Source: Hyphomicrobiales bacterium (GTDB lineage: Bacteria; Pseudomonadota; Alphaproteobacteria; Rhizobiales; CAJQND01). From it: a stretch of DNA of 64,000 bases. The stretch spans positions 89,759 through 153,758 of the forward strand of contig JANQOW010000066.1 of NCBI GenBank assembly GCA_028285595.1, given 5' to 3'. Under the pieces are notes generated by a model. That model did no database searches and was not told the DNA's origin. It saw only the letters and a list, made by a program, of their open reading frames with translations. Shown here piece by piece: positions 58,461-64,000 of this stretch (its first letter is position 1; every line of letters starts with the position of its first letter). The translations under genes were made by a program, and so were the position numbers.

Positions 58461-59489
58461 ATGAAATTCAAGAACTACCTTGCAGGTGCAGCAACGGCCA
58501 TTGCGGCTTTGGCAGTTGCCGGGGGCACGGCTTTGGCAGCGTGTGCAACCGACGACCTGCCGGCAACGCGCGACAAAGCTGGTGACTTTCCGGCCCGCGC
58601 CCTTACCATGATCGTACCGTACGGCCCTGCGGGTGGATCCGGCCAAGTGGCTCAAGCGATGGCCCAGGCCGTGTCGGAACTGACCGGAGTTTCCATCAAC
58701 CGCGATCACAAGCCTGGCGGCTCAGGTACGGTCGGCATGACGGCCTACATGGCGACGCCGGCTGACGGCTACACAGTGCTGGAACACATCGATGATGCCT
58801 CCAGTGCGCATGCCCTCGATTCCAGCCGCCCGAACCCGGCTGAAGACTTGATCCCGCTGGTGACCTCTCAGATCACGTTCTCGCAGATCTATATCCGCAC
58901 AAACGAGGACCGCTTCACCGACTGGAAGTCCTTCGTTGAGTGGGTCAAGGCCCAGGACGGCAAGGCAACCATCGCCAACGTGTCCAAAGAAGGCTCCATG
59001 GAACGTGTCACCATGAAGTTCATCACCGACGCAACGGGCATGAAGATCCAGCAAATCTCCTTCGACAAGGGTGCACCTCGCTATGGCGCTCTGGCTGGTG
59101 GTCAGGTGGATGCTTTGTTTGAGCAGCCAGGGGATGTGCGCAAGTTTCTGGACGCAGGACGCTTCAAGCCGATCCTTACAATCCTGAAAGAGCGCCCCGG
59201 TGCGTTTGCGGACGTGCCGAGCATCAAAGATGTGGGCCTCGACTTTGAGCCGCTGCTGCGCTTCCGTGGCTTCTATGTGAAAAAGGGCGCTCCGGCCGAT
59301 CGCGTGGAATGGCTGCAATGGGCCTTCCAGAAAGCGTTCTGCACGGAAAGCTATCAGAAGTACAACGAAAGCAAGTTCATGAACCTGATCGACAGCTATC
59401 GCGATACGGAAGGTTCTAAAGAGCTCATCACCTCCACGGTGGCCCAGTACCGCGAAGTGTACAAGGCCATGGGGCTGGAAGTGAAGTAA
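58461..59489 (+). CDS. tctC: Tripartite tricarboxylate transporter substrate-binding protein
   Basis: Signal peptide (ALA), FPARALTMIVPYGPAGG, KPGGSG, ADGYT, GGQVD, DVPSIKD.G; GGGAG RBS. Confidence 0.88.
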   Translation: MKFKNYLAGAATAIAALAVAGGTALAACATDDLPATRDKAGDFPARALTMIVPYGPAGGSGQVAQAMAQAVSELTGVSINRDHKPGGSGTVGMTAYMATPADGYTVLEHIDDASSAHALDSSRPNPAEDLIPLVTSQITFSQIYIRTNEDRFTDWKSFVEWVKAQDGKATIANVSKEGSMERVTMKFITDATGMKIQQISFDKGAPRYGALAGGQVDALFEQPGDVRKFLDAGRFKPILTILKERPGAFADVPSIKDVGLDFEPLLRFRGFYVKKGAPADRVEWLQWAFQKAFCTESYQKYNESKFMNLIDSYRDTEGSKELITSTVAQYREVYKAMGLEVK

Positions 59490-59517
59490 CACCGTTAAGG
59501 CGCGTTTGCGCCAAGCC

Positions 59518-59545
59518 TGGCCCCGGCGCGCAGTTGCCGGGGCCA
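59518..59545 (+). other. Intercistronic stem-loop after tctC
   Basis: TGGCCCCGGC-8 nt-GCCGGGGCCA perfect 10-bp stem, no U-tract; likely stabilises tctC mRNA or attenuates. Confidence 0.7.
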
Positions 59546-59564
59546 CTTACTCTGCGGGTGTGGT

Positions 59565-60269
59565 ATGGGGAATCTGAAAACCGGCCATTTGGTCGAAGCG
59601 GGGCTTTGGCTGCTGCTGGCTCTGGTTTTGTTCATTTATTCTTTTGAATTCAACAACTCCATTGAGATCTACAAATTCGGCGCCAGCGGCTGGCCACGCG
59701 CAATCATTCTGCTGATCGTCTTGGCTGCACTCGGTCAGTTGTTCTGGCATTGGAAACGCGGAGAAGGCGGAGCCACCAGCAAATTGAACGCGGCCGCTGA
59801 CGACAGTGTTGAAGCGCCGGACGATCACTCCAGTTTGGGATGGTACGCGCACACCTTCGTTCTTGTGGCCATTCCCTTTGTCTATATGAGGGTTCCCGAC
59901 TTCATCGGCGGCATGATGGGACTTCCCCCGGACGGACTTGGCACCATCAAGATGCTCACGGCAGCACCGCTGATGGTCTTGTTCGCCTGGATGGCTTACC
60001 GCAACCAGGTGGGCGGCATGTTGGCTTTGCCGATATTCTTTGCAGCCCTTCTGGAAGACATGGGGTTTTATGCCTTGGCGCCAGTGTTCGCCATGGGCGT
60101 GATGTATTTGATGGGAGAGCGGCGGATCAAATGGATGGCGGGCGTTGCGGCGGGCGTCTTCGGCATCCTGCTCCTGCTGTTCGTCAAGCTCCTCTATGTG
60201 GGACTGCCCACGGGCAACGTTCGTCCGTTTTATGATTTCGGCAATTGGGTTGTGACGGTTCTTCAGTAG
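59565..60269 (+). CDS. tctB: TTT small permease, TctB family
   Basis: GASGWPR, multiple TMs, LFVKLLYVGLPTG; between tctC and tctA. Confidence 0.8.
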   Translation: MGNLKTGHLVEAGLWLLLALVLFIYSFEFNNSIEIYKFGASGWPRAIILLIVLAALGQLFWHWKRGEGGATSKLNAAADDSVEAPDDHSSLGWYAHTFVLVAIPFVYMRVPDFIGGMMGLPPDGLGTIKMLTAAPLMVLFAWMAYRNQVGGMLALPIFFAALLEDMGFYALAPVFAMGVMYLMGERRIKWMAGVAAGVFGILLLLFVKLLYVGLPTGNVRPFYDFGNWVVTVLQ

Positions 60270-60287
60270 GCTGGCTGGGACGCTGAT

Positions 60288-61808
60288 ATGGATGCATTTA
60301 ACAACTTTGCAAATGGGACGGTTGCTCTCTTCAGCGACCCGTTAGGCATTGTTATCTTCTTGAGCGGGGTCGTCGGCGGCATGCTGTTCGGCGCCATCCC
60401 GGGCGTCAGTATGCTGACACTGGCCGCAATCCTTCTGCCGTTTACCGCACATCTTAGCGCGGAACACGGCATTATGCTGTTTTCGGTGATCTACTGTACC
60501 GGCGTTTATGGCGGCGCCATTACGGCCATCCTGTTCAATATTCCAGGATCGCCCGAAAACGCGCCAACCGCGTTCGACGGCTATCCCATGACCCAAAAGG
60601 GCCAGGCGGGCCGCGCCGTCGGGGCCGCCGTCATGTGCTCGGCCATTGGGGGAACCGTCTCCGCCGTGCTGATGATGCTGGCCACCGCGCCGATCGCCGA
60701 CTGGGCCATCTCCGCCTTTGGGCCACCGGAAATCTTCGCCCTGGTGTTCTTCGGCCTTGCGGTCGCCGCCTCTGTGGGCGCAAAGACGATCTGGAAAGGC
60801 TGGCTTTCTATTTTGGCCGGCTTGATGATTGCCGTAGTCGGCCTCGACCCCGTGGGTGGCATCGAGCGCTACGACTTCAACATGCCTTACCTCCTGGCCG
60901 GCATTCACTTCATTCCGACCATTCTTGGTTTCTTCGCCGTGTCGGAAATCATGGTCCAGGCCGAGAAGAAGGTGACCGGCGCATACTCCGCACCCAAGCT
61001 GAGCGTGGATTTCCCATCGTTCTCAGAATTGTGGGCTCATAAGTTCGCTGTGGTGCGCTCCATCATCATCGGCTTTTTCTGCGGCATCCTTCCCGGCATC
61101 GGCGCAACCCTTGCGGCCTTTATGGGATATAACGAGGCGGTCCGCTGGTCGAAGGAGCGCTGGGAATTCGGCAAAGGTAAGCTGGAAGGGGTGATCTCTT
61201 CTGAAACCGCAAACAATGCGGCCACCGGCGCCGCCATGATCCCCCTGCTCGCGCTCGGCCTTCCGGGCGGCGCCTTGACGGCCATGATGGTGGGTGTGTT
61301 CCAAATGCACGATATGGAACCTGGCCCGCTTGTGTTCCTCAACAGTGCTGATCTGGTGTGGGTGGTGTTTGCGGCCATGTTCTTTGCGAACCTCTCCATC
61401 CTGCTCATCGGCTTTCTGGAAACCAAAACCATCATCAATCTGCTGCGCATTCCGTTCCAGTTCCTGGCCCCATTGATCTTAATGCTGGCCACCGTGGGCG
61501 CCTATGCGGTGCGCGGCCTGGTGATCGATGTTGTGGTGATGTTCGTGGCGGGCGTTCTCGGCTTTTTCCTCCGGCGCACCGGTTACTCGGTCGCCGGCAT
61601 CGTGTTGGGCCTGATATTGGGCAAAATTGGCGAGCAGACGTTCGCTCAGGCCATGCAGATGTTGCACTATGAGTGGACCGGCTATTTCAGCCGCCCCATT
61701 GGCCTTGCTCTGCTCATTGCCGGTTTCCTCACCCTTGGCGCCAGTGCCTACCGGGCGTTCTATGCTGCGCCCGTGGAAGCGCCGCCGGAAGAAAGCAAAT
61801 CTGCCTAG
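60288..61808 (+). CDS. tctA: TTT large permease, TctA family
   Basis: GAIPG, YGGAITAILFNIPG, DGYPM, GILPGIG, ETANNA, PLLALGLPG, PGP. Confidence 0.93.
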   Translation: MDAFNNFANGTVALFSDPLGIVIFLSGVVGGMLFGAIPGVSMLTLAAILLPFTAHLSAEHGIMLFSVIYCTGVYGGAITAILFNIPGSPENAPTAFDGYPMTQKGQAGRAVGAAVMCSAIGGTVSAVLMMLATAPIADWAISAFGPPEIFALVFFGLAVAASVGAKTIWKGWLSILAGLMIAVVGLDPVGGIERYDFNMPYLLAGIHFIPTILGFFAVSEIMVQAEKKVTGAYSAPKLSVDFPSFSELWAHKFAVVRSIIIGFFCGILPGIGATLAAFMGYNEAVRWSKERWEFGKGKLEGVISSETANNAATGAAMIPLLALGLPGGALTAMMVGVFQMHDMEPGPLVFLNSADLVWVVFAAMFFANLSILLIGFLETKTIINLLRIPFQFLAPLILMLATVGAYAVRGLVIDVVVMFVAGVLGFFLRRTGYSVAGIVLGLILGKIGEQTFAQAMQMLHYEWTGYFSRPIGLALLIAGFLTLGASAYRAFYAAPVEAPPEESKSA

Positions 61809-61916
61809 AACACCGCTTTTTGCACACAGACTTTCTTAAGAGGTTCTTGCTACCCATAGAATCTCGGGGCCGGCTAGACTTTCCATCACGCGTACAGCCC
61901 CCGGCTAGGTGAGCTG

Positions 61917-63218
61917 ATGAAGCCTGGGACGAACATTCTTGTGGTTGACGATGACCCCAGCATGCGGGGCATTCTAGAGAGCTACTTTACCTGTGAGCAC
62001 AACGCCAGCGTAACCGCCGCAGAGAACGGTATGCGGGCCCTCACAATTCTCATTGAGAACCCGGAAAAGTTTGAGCTTATCTTATGTGACCTTAACATGC
62101 CGGAAATGGATGGCGTGCAGTTTCTCCGTCATATCAATGAGTTGGACTATCATGGCCAGCTTGCCGTCATCAGCGGTGAGGACACAAGTGTCTTGAATGT
62201 CACGCGGGACATTGCCTCGTACTACAGCTTCGATTTGATCGGCATCCTGAGCAAACCACTGGACACTCAGAAACTGTCTCAGCTCGCGGCCGCCGCTCTG
62301 CCCAGCGCACCACGCGAAAAGACGGTAGACGGTCTTCAGGTCACGCCGCAGAAAATCCAAGACGCGATTGCCCAACAGCTCATCGTGCCCTTCTTCCAGC
62401 CGAAAATTGACATTCACACCGGTAAAGTCACCGGCGCTGAAGCGCTGGCACGGTGGATTGACCCGGATGTCGGACTGATCCAACCGTCCAAATTCATAGA
62501 CGCCGCACACGCCACAGGCCAAATGCGGGCCCTCTCCGCCAGTCTTTTGCGGCAGTCGATCACCAGCTGCGCCCAATGGCATGCAAGCGGGCTCGATCTG
62601 AAGGTTGCCATTAACCTGACCCCGGACATCTTTGAGTGGCTGGAATTTCCCGATGAACTGGCAGCCCGGGTGGATGCCGCAGGTGTTGAACGCTCCGATG
62701 TCACCCTGGAAATCACCGAGAGCAGCTTCTTAAAGCAGAACACCACCGTCCTGGAGGTTCTGGCCCGGCTGCGTATCCAAGGATTTGACTTGGCCATTGA
62801 TGATTTCGGGACCGGGTTCTCCAACATCGAGCAGTTGCGTAAGTTCCCGTTCTCTCAGCTTAAAATCGACCAATCCTTCGTCCGCAATGCGGCCAAGGAC
62901 CGTTTTGCCCGCGCCAGTGTGGAGGCCAGCGTCCACCTGGGCCGTGAGCTCAATATGCGGATCGTTGCAGAAGGCGTGGAAGACCAGGACGACTGGGAGT
63001 TTGTCGCCCAATGCGGCGTCGATGAGGTTCAAGGGTTTTATGTGGCCAAGCCCATGCCGGAAGAAGAGTTCTTTGAGTGGGTCCACCGCACCACGGCCGC
63101 CAGATACAATGCCGAACAGCAGGTCGCACATGCCGCCCGCGAAGATGTGCAGACGTCCGACGCACCCGAGGCCTCACCCGCGGAGGGATGGAGTGACTCA
63201 AAGACAGCGTCTGCCTAG
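61917..63218 (+). CDS. Response regulator REC + EAL c-di-GMP phosphodiesterase
   Basis: [17 protein letters not shown]; [32 protein letters not shown]. Confidence 0.93.
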   Translation: MKPGTNILVVDDDPSMRGILESYFTCEHNASVTAAENGMRALTILIENPEKFELILCDLNMPEMDGVQFLRHINELDYHGQLAVISGEDTSVLNVTRDIASYYSFDLIGILSKPLDTQKLSQLAAAALPSAPREKTVDGLQVTPQKIQDAIAQQLIVPFFQPKIDIHTGKVTGAEALARWIDPDVGLIQPSKFIDAAHATGQMRALSASLLRQSITSCAQWHASGLDLKVAINLTPDIFEWLEFPDELAARVDAAGVERSDVTLEITESSFLKQNTTVLEVLARLRIQGFDLAIDDFGTGFSNIEQLRKFPFSQLKIDQSFVRNAAKDRFARASVEASVHLGRELNMRIVAEGVEDQDDWEFVAQCGVDEVQGFYVAKPMPEEEFFEWVHRTTAARYNAEQQVAHAAREDVQTSDAPEASPAEGWSDSKTASA

Positions 63219-63973
63219 CCGCTTGCGCTGACAATCATCAGAAAATCCCGGGCCTTCAGGCTCGCGCCGCCCACCAGCGCACCGTCTACATTTTTAATGG
63301 CCAACAGTTCCTCGGCGTTGGCCGGCTTGACCGAGCCGCCATACAGCAGCCTGACCCGGTCGGGCGCTCCTTCGCTCATCAGAGCGCCCAGGCGCTTGCG
63401 GATATGGCTGTGAACGTCCGCCACGTCGTCAACGGTTGGGGTCAACCCGGTGCCGATGGCCCACACCGGCTCATAGGCTATAACGGTGTTCTTCTCGTTA
63501 GCCGTGACGGGCAGTGAGCCCTTTAGCTGGTGACCGACCACTCTGCGCGCCGCGCCGGCCTTGCGCTCTGCCAGGGTCTCCCCCACACAGATAATGGCGA
63601 CGAGCCCGGCGCGATGGGCCGCCGCAGCTTTTGACCGCACCTGCATGTTGGTTTCGCCATGATCTGCGCGGCGCTCAGAGTGACCGACGATCACCGCGCC
63701 GGCGCCAGCATCTTTCAGCATTTCTGCAGAAACGTCGCCCGTATGCGCTCCTTGAGAAGAGGCGTGACAGTCTTGCCCGCCAAGTTTGAGCTTGCTGCCC
63801 TGAACCGCCTCCTTCATAGGCCGCAAAAGCGTTGCGGGTGGGCAAATCATTACGTCACACGAAAAGGCGCCTTTGGCGAGAGACGTCGCGACGGCACGCG
63901 CCTCACGAAGCGAGGATTTCAGCCCGTGCATTTTCCAGTTGCCGGCCACCAGAGGCCGTGGCGTGCGCCGCAT
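63215..63973 (-). CDS. tpiA: Triosephosphate isomerase
   Basis: [40 protein letters not shown]. Confidence 0.97.
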   Translation of the reverse strand: MRRTPRPLVAGNWKMHGLKSSLREARAVATSLAKGAFSCDVMICPPATLLRPMKEAVQGSKLKLGGQDCHASSQGAHTGDVSAEMLKDAGAGAVIVGHSERRADHGETNMQVRSKAAAAHRAGLVAIICVGETLAERKAGAARRVVGHQLKGSLPVTANEKNTVIAYEPVWAIGTGLTPTVDDVADVHSHIRKRLGALMSEGAPDRVRLLYGGSVKPANAEELLAIKNVDGALVGGASLKARDFLMIVSASG

Positions 63974-64000
63974 CCGCTCCATCTCCCACATCGATCAGCA

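Noticed and set aside
58722-59546. 274-aa minus-strand ORF
   Set aside because: Antisense shadow of tctC.
1-64000. tRNA, rRNA, IS elements, integrase or prophage genes at island borders
   Set aside because: None recognised by eye; a tRNAscan/Infernal/ISEScan run would be needed to exclude them formally.

Overview
Alphaproteobacterial-type chromosomal window. Bases ~1-50.5 kb form a very large surface-polysaccharide/biofilm-matrix island. It holds a GT25, an OafA-SGNH acyltransferase and two tandem giant RTX exoproteins (G8/beta-helix and serralysin-like) that share one collinear C-terminal cassette. It also holds a wecB-YaiO-processive GT2 synthase module, a VPLPA-CTERM protein with an ExeA-like ATPase, an inverted duplicated TPR + O-antigen-ligase gene pair and a secreted Arg/Lys/Trp/Tyr-rich protein. 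An RfaH-like gene leads the GDP-fucose/Wzc/Wza operon. A second, Wzx/Wzy operon starts with sqdB, carries methyl-, acetyl- and sulfotransferases, and ends in a protein whose motifs line up with eukaryotic GH56 hyaluronidases. Bases ~50.6-64 kb are metabolic: Nudix, homocysteine S-methyltransferase family, class IV aminotransferase, GNAT, a sulfoacetate-utilisation (sauS + heteromeric CoA ligase + IclR + TTT transporter) cluster, a REC-EAL phosphodiesterase and tpiA. I saw no rRNA, tRNA, CRISPR or mobile element. The best candidate for an undescribed system is a sulfonated/sulfated, glycosaminoglycan-like exopolysaccharide with its own hyaluronidase-like remodelling enzymes, a polycationic secreted partner and linked organosulfonate salvage. 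All family calls come from motifs recognised by eye; no searches were run.
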